From the NCBI GenBank assembly GCA_002269645.1, contig NIVC01001876.1, positions 120,818-184,817 of the forward strand: a DNA stretch of 64,000 nt. The letters run 5' to 3'. The notes beneath the pieces are model-generated. The model saw only the letters and a program-made list of their open reading frames with translations, was not told where the DNA came from and searched no databases. Positions 1 through 12,094 of this stretch are shown here, piece by piece. Made by a program: the position numbers and the translations under genes. The stretch comes from Macrostomum lignano. Its lineage: Eukaryota. Each line of letters begins with the position of its first letter. The first letter of the stretch is position 1.

Positions 1-203
1 CTAAGCCCCTAATTTTTGGCATACAAGGCTAATGCACTCCCAATTTTTTGGGCATATAGTATATGATCTAGAATGTGGATAGTCATAGGATGGGACCATA
101 GTGGCATAGGCATAGGGGGAGGGAGATTGGGAGAAGGCTATTACATAGGAATAATAAGTAATGCTTGAACTATAATTTTTAAATAGGCCTAGGCCTGGCA
201 CAT

Positions 204-784
204 GACCAAGATGGCCACATACCAAGATAGCCATAGCTCTAAATGTTTAAATAGATAATAATAAGGCTAGGTCTATATATTTTACTTATTTCCATTTGGT
301 AGTAATTAGGGAAATAGATGTTATAATAGAATTTTATTACATTATAATTATTTCTTTTGGCCTTAGCTTTTATTATAGCCTAACCTAGGGGCTTATAGAT
401 ATTTATCTACTACATAAGGGCAATAAGGCAATACATTATACATAAGGCACTACATAAAGGAAAGCAAGCTAAATAAACCTTATTGCATATTTATCCCATT
501 TTTTACATAGCTAGCATTATCACTAAAAATGGTTTCTTGATAAACTGATAGTGATAAGATTTGATAGATGTAATGGTAGAAAATAAATTGGCACAAACAC
601 TAAAAAAGATTATTAAAGTTTTTGTAATAGGTAAAAGGCCTAATTAGTTTCAAATTTACTATTATATTAGTATTTATGAATATGATTGGTTAAACGTAAT
701 AATTATTATAAATATAACAATAGCTAATTATGTTGCTAATTAATGATAATGTTGTGGCCATCTTGGTATGTGACCATCTTGGTC
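204..784. repeat. 30-bp inverted repeat pair (204-233 / 755-784), probable decayed MITE ends
   Basis: GACCAAGATGGCCACATACCAAGATAGCCA matches the reverse complement of 755-784 at 28/30 positions; no TSD identified. Confidence 0.5.
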
Positions 785-2095
785 TTATACCCTAGGCCCT
801 ATATCAAAATAAATGGGCCTATATATTTGACCTAGGCTAGATGGCTTGAAAAATTTGTTATCCACATTAGATTTTTTTTAATAGTAATAAGTTGGCTTAG
901 GCAAGAAGCCTGTTTGGCCAATATATTTCTGTATATTTTAAGATTATTTCAGGAATAGAAGGCAATATTCTAGCATTAGTTATTTACTACAATTACAAAG
1001 TACGAGTTTTTTGCAATATGGTATTTGAAATAATGCGTAAATTTTGTTGACAAAACTTTGGACAACTAACGAGATGAAAGAAAAAGCAGGGAGTTAAAAA
1101 GTATTGCATGAAATTTATGTATGGAGTTAGCGATATTGAGCAAAACAGTTTAGCCTATAGGTTAGGCTATAAAAATAAGTTATACAGTAGATATTAATCA
1201 GGTGATAACAAAATTGTATAAAATATAATATTTGAAAGAGTGTATAGGATTTTTTTGCGGTTTTTATTTTTATGAAAAAATATTGAGTAAAAGGATTGCT
1301 TAAAATATTTGGCAATAATTGTATACATATAAATATACTGTTTGGAGGCCTAAAAAGGACAAAAACTCAGCAACTTTTGATATCTAACGACTTATTATGG
1401 TCTAATGTTCATTAAATAGAATTTTTTTCTATAGAAATAGAGACTTTTCTGCAGAAATGCGCCAAGAACCTGTACCAAGGATGTGAATTGTGATGGTGGG
1501 ACTAAGAAGCGGACTCAGTACTTTGTACTGCTATACCTGTATATAAACATGTTATATGTTTTAGGTAAATAAATTTAACTGAAAATTAGATGAAACACAA
1601 AATAGTACATTTATAAAAGAGTGGTAAAGCCAAGGGAACCCTCTTTATATTTATAACGGTTTTTTTCAGAATTTTCTCATCTTTCTAACTTACTAAATTA
1701 AAAGATCAATTAAAACAGAACAAATTTGTCATTGTCATAAAGTTCCTATCCTTGTTTTGCATTTTAAAATTTAAAAGGTTTATCGGCTAGGACCGCTAGG
1801 TATATTGGGTAGGTTTATCGGCTAGGTTATACAGGGTTACGATCGTTTCGGCGAAATGACTGGTACCCGTCATACATACGCCTACCACTATTTGACTTTG
1901 TTTTAGTTTTAGTCCAGGTCCAGACCAAAAGTCTAATCTAAAATATATGCAAGATAATGGGCAACGAGTGAGTTATTATTAAACAGTTTCACACTGATAT
2001 TTTTTTTACTACGCTCAGCTGTAATAAAAATTGTAGTAGCTCGTAAAGAATTTAATGCCAAACTACACCGTAAGAGTCCGAAATGTTCAATATCT

Positions 2096-2547
2096 GGGGG
2101 GGGGGGGTTTCACAAACTCGAAATTTCACAACGTCGAAAGTAGGCCTACCTTCTTTCACAAGGTCGAAATTTAATAACATCGAAAACTCAAATAGCAGCC
2201 ACTTTCACAAGGTCGAAACTTCACAAGGTCGAAATTTCACAACATCGAAAACTTTAGCAAGAGACTTCATAAGGTCGAAATTTCACAACGTAGAAAACTA
2301 CTGTATGGTTCTTGATAGATAAAATTTTCGACTTTGTGAAATTTCGAGCTTATGAAGTTTCGATCTTGTGAAAGTGGCTGCACTTGAGTTTTTGATGTTA
2401 TGAAATTTCGACCTTGTGAAATTTCGACCTTATGAAATCTCTTGCTAAAGTTTTCGATGTTGTGAAATTTCGACCTTGTGAAGTTTCGACCTTGTGAAAT
2501 AATTTACTTTTCGACGTTGTGAAATTTCGACCTTGTGAAAGCACCCC
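2096..2547. mobile_element. Foldback/MITE-like element built from inverted arrays of TTTCACAAGGTCGAAA
   Basis: Forward copies at about 2108-2295, reverse copies (TTTCGACCTTGTGAAA) at about 2325-2540; ends GGG..TTTCACAA / TTGTGAAAGCACCC; TCT flanks both sides (possible 3-bp TSD). Confidence 0.7.
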
Positions 2548-4135
2548 TCTGCATGTAGCGAAAATGAAAAGGGAAGTCATTTTAAACTTATACTTTTTAG
2601 TGGTTATTAGAACAAAAAAAATTGGGAAACTGTCTATAAAAGACAGTAAATAGAAGTTAAGACTTAATTTCTCTTAAAAATTTAAATATTTATAGCTTTT
2701 TTAAAGATACTGTTAGCAGAGCAGAATACGTTTTTAAACACCTTTCCAACAAATCATCATCACCGGGAAGAAACTTATTGGTTGGCTCCACCTTATATTA
2801 TATTATAGCCTAGATTATTCTATTCTGTTTTGATATAAGGAATCATTATGATCAAAAAATTTTGAAAAGGTTCTCCTGAAATTAAGCTTATATTTGATAA
2901 TTGACACCTATGCCTATGGCTATGTGGCTTGATGTTGTCTTGTCTTATGACATATCTGGGCAGTGGGGCGTGGGCTTGGCTGTAGCTTGGCCTTGGCCTA
3001 TATTTAAAAAAAGTAAATTTATATTATTTTTAGTTAGGCCTACAGTAAAGTTACTAGCTAGACTGTTAGGCTAGTTAGCCACAAGCTATGCACAAATTTT
3101 GATTAATAATTGTTACATAATTAAAACCAGGCCTATTAGACTAGAGCCTATTGCTATTTTATTTATTAATGCGACATGTGCAACTTTTTAAAAAACTTGA
3201 AAAAACTTGAGGCCTATAAGGCCTATAATTAGAATACAGGCCTAAGAAAGCTATGGTTTATAGTTTTTATAGTTTATAGTAATTAAAATAGTTTTTTTAA
3301 CTACAGGCCTACATTGTCATTAGGCCTAGGCCTACATCATTTAATATATTATATCTTCCATGCCCCCCCCTTAGGCCTAGCCTAGCCTAACCCAATGCCC
3401 TTGAATTATTCATTAGGCCTAGTAGGCCCTATATATAGGCTTAGCCTTAGGCCTATCTATTTATATTGTAGATTTTTGGTTTATACATATACCTAAAAGC
3501 ATGCATTTCCTTTGCTTTTGCTTTACTTTGCTCTATTTTGCTTTCTTAATTTAATCAATCATCTAGGGCCCATGTTATTATTCTAGGCCTATGGTCGTAA
3601 TATTGTATAGAATACTTTTAGACCCCTAGGCGAAAATTCAATAAAAATGTGTCCGGCGTACACAGAAAACCTATATGGTATGCCAGATGGCACACATTTT
3701 TTCTGCTCTCACTGTGCGCCATGTGCGCCAGACAACACACAAAAAAATTTTTTGCTCTCACTGTGCGCCGTGTGTGCCAGAAAATTATTTTATGTGTGCC
3801 GCAATTTTGTGTGGAATTTACCACCTTCCTGACTGTGGCCTAGGCCTAACTCCTAAATCCTTAAGAATGTCCTAACTCTTAGCTCCTAGATGGTTGGCTT
3901 TTCTGTCTATTCTGTACTTTTAAATCAAAATGGTAGGGCCTAGCCTAGCCTAGTAGTATACTAATAAAGCTAATAAAGGCCTAAAGCTAGTACTAGTTAC
4001 TAGTAGTAGTCGTATGACTAAAAATTGTAAAAGGCTTTTTTAAATATATAGTAGAAGATCCCTAGGTGAATTTAAGAGATCTCACTAAGGTCCCCATTAG
4101 AATAAATTTTCAAAGTTCATTGATATATACCAAGT

Positions 4136-6041
4136 GGCATTCTTTTGGATGACGATCACCTGAAAAGTGACGATCACCAATGTAAAAGTTCTGGGTAATT
4201 AAAATTGAAAGTAAGAAAGCGAATCAAACAAATTGTCCAGAAATTAAAAAACCCAACATTGGGGCTATCAGTCATGAATCGTGTATTTCGTAGTAACCGC
4301 CACGTGTATTAAATCAATTTCGGATGGAATGATCGACTTCTGAAACTACAGCTTAGCAATTCTAGAAAAAAATTAGTGTCTCAAAGTTTAACATCTAGTG
4401 AACGTAAGTCAGTTTTGGAAGATGATCATTTTAATATGAAGGTAGCCCTGAAATGATCGCGTTCCGAAAGTACAGAGTTTTTATTGTCTTAGGAGCAGTA
4501 ATCATTTCATTCAACAGACAGAAGTTCAAAGTTGAGGCCAAAGAGGTGCTCATCCGAAACCCGTGGAGCACCATCCAAGGGATAGACGTGCTTTAAGTCC
4601 TGGAAGAACTCATGGACGAACTGTTTCATTTCTTTGTTACAGTAAGAGCGGTACATTAGCTCGACTAGGTATGAAGCGAAGTGTAGTGCGCTAGTTCCAC
4701 GCATGTTCTTAAATTTGGCTTTTGCAGTACCCCAAAAGCCCTCAATGCGATTTGTGTGTACGTCTTTCTTCTCGCCATTTCGTTCAATAGTTGTCTTAAA
4801 GTGCTCTTTGTGGCAGACAACCCAGTGACTGTAACCCATGTGTTCCAAGTCAAGGTAAGCAGACCAGCCGTCGCTGAATACAGTCGTTCTGGGGAGAATG
4901 AACTTCTCAATTAAAGGTAGAAGAGTTTCTTTTGACCTGTTTTCAACAGGCCAAATGACAGTACGGCCATCGTGTCTGTCTGTCATGCCGAAAATCCAAA
5001 TTTGTTGGCCCAGTTTCGCACCTCGGTTATATTTCATCTTTCGGCCAAAGAGGGACTCATCTATTTCAACGATGTGTCCGACACCGCCAAGAGAGATCGT
5101 ATCTCGACGTGTCTTGAACCATTCACACATTACGTCTCGAATGAAGTGGCCCCATTGCACGGCTGCCTCCGCTTCAATGCCGTACATGGCGCGCAGTGAA
5201 CTGTGGGTTATAATATGGATGAACCCCCCTCAGTTTCGGAAGGCGATCATTCTTAATGTAATTTGTACATTGTAATGATCGTCAACCAAAAGTACATGGC
5301 TTACCTTTGTGGAGTGTTCAGAAGATAACCAATACAGTACCCAATGATGTCCATTGGATTCAGTTTAGAATTCTCAAAAAAAGTTCCCCTTCTAATGGAG
5401 ACTTTTTTCATATGCTCCAAATGGCAAACCAGCTCCCTTCTTGCACCAGAACACGACGCCGTCTGTCGAATTATGGGCCTTGACAATGTTCATTGACAAT
5501 GCACAAATAGGGCAGGGCATGGTTTCCGGAAGCAGTCCTACTCTTTGAAGAAGGCCAATCCAGTTTTCAGCTATAATAAAGCGCCATGACATGGGACACA
5601 CCAGTTCCTCGATATGCTCCAGTGGCTTCAAATCAACAAACAAGCCAGCACATTCAATTTTCCGTTCTTTGGCAGGTTTTGAGCATGCCATAGTGAGTGC
5701 TACTGAAATATGAGAAAGAAAAGCTGTAGTTTTGGATCACAATCATTTGTATTCAAAAGTATCATTGAAATGATTGCATTCCGAAACTGATTATATACAC
5801 GTCCATGACAGAAATAATGCTATTGATGTTGCTGGTTTTAAATTGGAAAGTTTCTCTGTTTTTCTGTAGTTTCGGATCGCGATCCTTTCTATTCAAAACT
5901 TATATTGAAATGATCGCCTTCCAAAACTAATTATATAGTTGCCATTTTACCATGATTTCTACAGCACAGTATACCATTTTCATAGGTTATTGTCAACCGA
6001 AACTTGTAAGAAACGGAATGATCGTCATCCGAAAGAATGCC
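4136..6041 (-). mobile_element. Full-length Merlin-superfamily DNA transposon (1906 bp)
   Basis: 23-bp TIRs GGCATTCTTT(T/C)GGATGACGATCA at 4136-4158 and 6019-6041 (1 mismatch); perfect 8-bp TSD TACCAAGT at 4128-4135 and 6042-6049; encloses an IS1595/ISXO2-type transposase. Confidence 0.95.
4507..5691 (-). CDS. Merlin (IS1595/ISXO2-like DDE) transposase, 2 exons, one apparent frameshift
   Basis: Zn-ribbon-like N-terminus (CPIC...WC) and SIRRGTFFENSKL; GT-AG intron 5304-5201 gives TPQ-SSLRAMYGI; catalytic region VEIDES...TVFSDGWSAY...HTNRIEGFW; +1 frameshift near 5430-5445 between WCK and RELVCHLEHMKKVSIRRG. Confidence 0.88.
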
Positions 6042-8731
6042 TACCAAGTATCACAAACTTTGTACACCAAGTGCCCTAAGCATGATGACATATTGTATTT
6101 CATTGACATCTTTGCTCATTGAACATTTCTATATCCCATCTAAGAAGCAAATAAATAGGTAGGCCTAAATATCAAAAGTAACTATTATCAAGTTGTTTTA
6201 TCATTTATCATTTATCATTTATCATTTATGTTTATCTAGTTACTAGTTTTAATAAATAGATAATAAGATTAAAATTAACTAAAATTGACTTGCTTTAGCT
6301 GTCTACCCTTTCCTTATCATCTTATAAGTTTTAGGCCCTTATTAATACAGCTAATAAGTAGTTTACTTTTTTGTTTTTCACCTAGCAAAAATTTGCAAAG
6401 AATATAGAATTTTGCATGTCCTCTTACCTTGGCTTGCAGACTAGCTATTATTAAAATTTTCTCAAACTAAAACTACTATGACAAATTGGCAGCTTTTCAA
6501 TTTTATGTAGATAATAAAAGCTTTTGGCAATTTTTTGTGCAGCTAGAAATAAAGAATAGGGAGAAGTTGTTAGGAGTTTGCCATTCAAGATTAAATTGTG
6601 AGAGTGCATATTCTATAGAATGAATTTCATTTCTAGCTCCTAACTCCTAATTAAGATTTTAAGGTCAAATTATAGTCCTAAGTTAATAGGAGTGTCATTG
6701 TTGTCATGTTTTGCCTCTACCCCTTGTCCCTTACTTTTCCATATTCCATATTCTTGTATGCCTGTTTCAACAAACATGGTTTATAATAAAATATCAAAAA
6801 TCATCTTAGGTTTCTACATGTATTATTTTCTATGTAAAAAATTGACTCTATTTGGCTAAATATAATAATGACTAATTTTATAGTCTAACAATACCTTTCT
6901 TATGTAATATTTCTTATGAGTATTAGTTATTATCAAATGAGAGCAAATATTTACAATATAAGTTATCCATTTTTTAGTCTAGTCTTTCAACTAATTAAAT
7001 GTGCTCCCTTTTGCTTCTAACTAAATGGTGCAAGTTTGTAGTCTAATATAGTTTTATTGCTTTAGCTTCCATTTTTACTAGGTAATAATTTAATAGAACT
7101 TGAGCTGTATATTGTCAAATTATGCCTAGAATTACTCCTTAGTATGCATACATTTAAGAGCTAAATATAGCACATAGAAATACTAAAACCTAATAACCCT
7201 AGCCACTAATGCCTTTACCCTGAATATTTTATACTAGACAAGTAGACAGCTTTTAAATTATAGATATCAACAAAAGTCTTAGTTGACTATAATTTATTTA
7301 TAGAGATACTGATTTAATTGATAAATTACAGATTGAAGGAGATGATATTGATAGATAAAAGTTTAATATAGCAGATTTTAATGGATTTTATTTAGTTTTA
7401 TAAAAAAATTATACATTTCTTTCTTTCATAGAGAGTTTGTTTTAATAAATGTCAGTTTCTATAAAAATATTTAATATATATACTAATTTAATGAGATGAT
7501 TTTAATAGATCTATATCTATTTAATTGAAAGTATTTTGATGGATTTCTGTTTCACAAAGAGGGTTTTGATTGTTTTCAGTTTCATTAATAAAAAAAAGTT
7601 TTGATAGTTTTTAGTGTCATTATAAATAAAATGATTTCACAGACTTTAGTTTCACTGAAAAGAAATCTATAGATTGCAGTTCAACCAAAATGAAATTGTT
7701 AGACTGCAGTTTTACCTCAGTTCTAGTGTTCAACATTAATATCAATTTCTATAGATTCTCTAACAGAGGAATGTGACTCATTCTAGTATATTATATAGAT
7801 TGCCCATCAGCATTTCTAGCAAATTTGTCTATGGTATAGTAGTATTCATTTTAGTGTTCTACTATAAGGGGAGTCCATGTGCCATAGCCATAGCCATGAG
7901 CAAAACTACAGCTTATTCCAATTCTCTGTATTCTATAGCCGTAGGGACCCTAATATTACCATATTCCCATAGTTCCCATAGCCATAGTTTTAGCAAAAAG
8001 TCTAGGAAACAAAATATTTTGAATCAAGAAAATAGCCTAGTGCTTAAACAACTGTAAATTAAGGTAGAAAATAAAATAAACATACGATTGACTTTGTAAG
8101 ATTATATTTCATCCTTTTACCTTTTTATAGAGTAACAATACTTAATCACTACTGAAAGTACTAATGCTAAACTTTTTCACATTAGTAAAAGTTAAAGTTT
8201 GCTAGCGTTTTATTGTACTTTAATAAAATAAAATTATAAGGTATAATCTATAAGTTTCCAAGTCTATAATATAGTTTAATGAAGTATCTTTGTTTTACTC
8301 GACATGTTTCTAATATATTTTTTAAATTAATAACTATGGCTATAGGAATCTATGGAATGTGACAACAACTACCATATTTCTGTAGTTGTATCTGTAAGAG
8401 CAGCTATCTACCGTAGGCAAATCCATAGTTGCCATAGGCACCTATTTACCATATTTTACCATAGTTGGCTATTTTACCATAATAAAAGAGGAAGACAGTA
8501 AAAGCAATATAAAAGACCCAACAAGATGTTTTGAGATAGGCTTGTTAATTTTTATTGAATAACATAGGTGTAGTTACTTTTTTGTTGCACCATACATCAA
8601 CTTAGTATTGTAGGAATATAAAACATTTTGTCTTGATTCCAGTAGTGTATTTTTAGCTACTATGGAATATTCATTTTCAACAATTTTTAGCTAAATATTT
8701 TGTTTAATTATATTATGATAGCTATACAAGC

Positions 8732-10604
8732 ATGGACCCAGCTCTGCTTCGGGAACGCAAGAAGTTTGCCAAACAAATGGCAGCTTCTACTGAGAGCGCA
8801 TTGGCTGCTGCTAAGCAAGCAAAAGCAGCGGCTGCTGCTGCTGCAGCTTCTGCTGCCTCCTCTTCGGCTGCTTCTCAAAATCAGCAGCACCGTCATCAGC
8901 CAAGCTTCTTCCATCAGCCGCATCAGCAGCAACAACAGCATCATCATCCGCAAGTGCAAGGCGTCAGGTTCAACGCACTGTCGCGTATTATTCGACACAT
9001 GAAAAGCCGACACATTGAAGGACAAAGACATCCATTAACATTAGAAGAGATACTTGAAGAGACTAAACAGGAGGATCTGCCTCAGGTTGGTTGGCTAAAC
9101 GGCAATATTTTAATTCTCTTAACTTCTTCGCCAGCTACAGAAGGGCTCCTGCTACAGAGAGGGGGCGCCAGCCACAGAGAGGGGGCACCAGCCACAGAGG
9201 GGGCGCCAGCTACAGAGGGGGCACCAGCTACAGAGAGGGCGCCAGCTACAGAGAGGGCGCCAGCTACAGGAGGGGCTCCTACTACAGAGAGGGGGCGCCA
9301 GCTACAAAAAAAGGGCGCCAGCCACAGAGAGGGGGCGCCAGTCACAGAGGGGCGCCAGCTACAGAGAGGGCGACAGCTACAGAGGGGGCGCCAGCTACAG
9401 AGGGGGCACCAGCTACAGAGGGGCGCCAGCTACAGAGGGGGCGCCAGCTACAGAGGGGGCACCAGCTACAGAGGGGGCGCCAGTCACAGAGGGGCGCCAG
9501 CTACAGAGAGGGCGACAGCTACAGAGGGGGCACCAGCTACAGAGGGGGCGCCAGCTACAGAGGGGGCACCAGCTACAGAGGGGGCACCAGCTACAGAGAG
9601 GGCGCCAGCTACAGAGAGGGCGCCAGCTACAGGAGGGGCTCCTACTACAGAGAGGGGGCGCCAGCTACAAAAAAGGGCGCCAGCCACAGAGAGGGGGCGC
9701 CAGTCACAGAGGGGCGCCAGCTACAGAGAGGGCGACAGCTACAGGTCTCTACTACCTACTGAATTAATTACTTGAGCGTTGAGCTTGAAATTAAGTAGCA
9801 TTCAATTTATGCTTGTGATGCTTCTGTGTTGCTAAGCTGAAAGTGAATTTCCCTAGAGTCTTGTTAGCCCTAGAGAGACATTCTATTTGAAGACATTAGG
9901 TATATTGAATACCTGTTTCAAGTAAATAATGGATTTAATTATAACTCAATCCATTCGGCAGTCTGTGAAGATCTGGCTAGGCCAAGAAGCCCTGCCCCAG
10001 AATCCTAAGCTGACTATGCAGCAGGATGGCGCCAGGCGAGCCTATATATTCAAGCCTATTTACGATTTTCGTAGCGGCCGTAATGGTGCCAAAGATCTGC
10101 TTAAACTGCTCAAACAGTTCGACGAGGTAAGTTATTTGGTTATTGAATACTTGGACTGAATGCACTAAACTAAAATGGCCAAAATGATGCTTAACAACAT
10201 GTTAGACTTCTGAACGTCTCTTGAACGAAAGCAAAACTTCTGATTTGGCCTAATATTGAATAGTTGTATTATATTCATTAGTATATGTAAACTGGCAATG
10301 ATGCTTTCACACATGTTAGACTGCCGATATGTGCATTTTATTTGCACAGTAAAATGAAGTGACCGTTATTTACTGAGTCAGTTTTTACTACTGTCGCATG
10401 CATGCGAAACCTTGGGAATCACTCGGCCGTTTCTATTGGCAACACACACATGTAAGTCGCTATTGGCTGAGAGCAGTCACGTGACTACTATTCTGTCCAA
10501 TAGCGACTATAGAAACGGCCGGGTGAATCCCTAGGTTGCGCCCAAGCATGACTACTGGTGTCTTTTATGCCTGTCTGTCTGTCTGTCTGTCTGCTTGTCA
10601 GTCA

Positions 10605-10640
<36 letters not shown>

Positions 10641-11346
10641 GCTTGTCAGTCTATCTGTCTGTCTGTCTGTCTGTCTGTCTGCTTGTCAGTCTATCTGTCT
10701 GTCTGTCTGTCTTTCTGTCTGTTTGTCTGACTCTGTGCTCACTGACTGACTGTCTATCCGTCGGTCTTTTTCGGTCTGTGTGACTGTCTGGCTGACAGAC
10801 TCACCGTTTTTCGCCTATCTGCCTGTCTCTGTCGTGTTTGTCTGTCTGTAACTGCATGTCTTTCTGTCTATGTCGGCATGTCTGTCTAGTTCCCAACAGT
10901 GAATACCCTAAGCGTATATGTTCTACACCGCCAACAATACAGTGCTACGGCAAAGGCGCCGTCTTAAAAGAAGACATTGAAGAGAGCCTTGGCAACGCCG
11001 ATGAAGCCATTAAGATTCTGGGCCATCGGGTTACAGTTCTAACTAGAACTAGCGACAAGAAAGTGAGTTATTTTTATAACGATCCCTCGTTGCAACTGCC
11101 AGTTGATGAAGAATTTAAAAGCTTTGGCGCAGCTGCACGGTGCAGAGCATCGACGAGCAGCAGATGCAGCAGTACCTCAGCGGCCAGGGCATCTCGGCTG
11201 CCGACGCTGAGAAGCCGCTCGGCTTCACGCCGGCGTCGCGATCCGGCCGCCGCGGCGCTCGTGCCGGTAAGAAAGCAAATAAAGCGGTCAAGTTAAAGGA
11301 CAACGAGCACGTCACCCATATGCTGGAGGATTTCGGCGATAAGTGA
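8732..11346 (+). CDS. GTF2E2: General transcription factor IIE subunit beta (TFIIE-beta)
   Basis: Exons 8732-9085, 9962-10126, 10943-11346 with GT-AG borders; [56 protein letters not shown]...L.DF all match TFIIE-beta; reading frame needs one more A in the A4 run at 11117-11120. Confidence 0.95.
9132..9745. repeat. 18-bp minisatellite (GCCAGCTACAGAGGGGGC) in GTF2E2 intron 1
   Basis: Direct reading; gives the EGAPAT repeat in the read-through ORF. Confidence 0.95.
10404..10541. mobile_element. Small hairpin MITE-like element in GTF2E2 intron 2
   Basis: Arms CGAAACCTTGGGAATCACTCGGCCGTTTCTAT / ATAGAAACGGCCGGGTGAATCCCTAGGTTGCG, inner AGTCGCTATTGG / CCAATAGCGACT, central palindrome AGTCACGTGACT. 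Confidence 0.65.
10570..10790. repeat. (CTGT)n microsatellite in GTF2E2 intron 2
   Basis: Direct reading. Confidence 0.95.
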
Positions 11347-11567
11347 AACGATTTCTTCTATTTGTACGAATTGTCTACTTGAAATTGTCTGGCTTTGGTG
11401 AGCAGCTGAATGGTAAACTTGTTTGACTTTCGGTTGGTTCGATGCGGTCTTTATGGCTTAAAGTGTACATTCGTGAAGATTAGAAAGTCAGGGCCGCTGT
11501 CAACGGAATGAACAGAGTGGATGATGTCGCCAAGTGCCTTGCACCAGGTTAAGATCAGGTTTAGTAA

Positions 11568-11770
11568 ATTGTAGTCTAGTGGTTACAGCGTCGGACTCAC
11601 GACTTAAAGGTCGGGGGTTCGATTCTCGACCCACTTGGAAAAATCTGTGTTCATGAGCAAGACACTCAACTCTACACAGCTGTAAAATGGGTGCCATCAT
11701 TAGCTGGGGTAGTTGAGGGTGAGTGTGGCAACCCCAGTCCTTGGACTGAACAGCCGTACGCAGTAAGTAA
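11568..11770 (+). mobile_element. tRNA-derived SINE with a CORE-like segment
   Basis: A-box-like TAGTCTAGTGG (11572) and B-box GGTTCGATTCT (11616); anticodon stem does not pair; followed by GAGCAAGACACT...CTGTAAAATGGG resembling SINE core domains. Confidence 0.65.
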
Positions 11771-12094
11771 AAATTGCCTGTAGAATAATAGTCTGGACTA
11801 GCTCGGTTCGTGGTGGAGAGTCAGACCCTCGATTGCTTGAGTTTTATGGCATACTTAAGATCCATATAGTGTTGCATTTATCTACTTGTCCTGATCGAAT
11901 TTGTTCATTTACGTGGAGACTAATATGTGTTATGCGTTAGTCATTTAACACTGTGTTCATTGATTGTTCAAAACATTATTCACAATAAATTCATGTATGA
12001 TTAATCCAACTTTGGTACTTTAATTTCAAGCCTGTTTATTTGCATATTTCACTTGAATTTACTGTCTGATTGTATTATTAATAATAAATTGTAA

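Noticed and set aside
4507-5691. Bacterial IS1595 contamination or recent horizontal transfer
   Set aside because: The transposase has a spliceosomal intron and the element sits in continuous eukaryotic sequence; Merlin is the established eukaryotic branch.
8732-9775. 347-aa single-exon protein with EGAPAT repeats
   Set aside because: Read-through of the GTF2E2 intron 1 donor at 9086 into an 18-bp minisatellite; homology continues only after splicing to 9962.
11111-11125. Programmed -1 ribosomal frameshift in TFIIE-beta
   Set aside because: TTTAAAA is not phased as X XXY YYZ in the zero frame; a homopolymer error is far more parsimonious.
11568-11640. Functional tRNA gene
   Set aside because: A and B boxes are present, but acceptor and anticodon stems do not pair and a SINE-like body follows.
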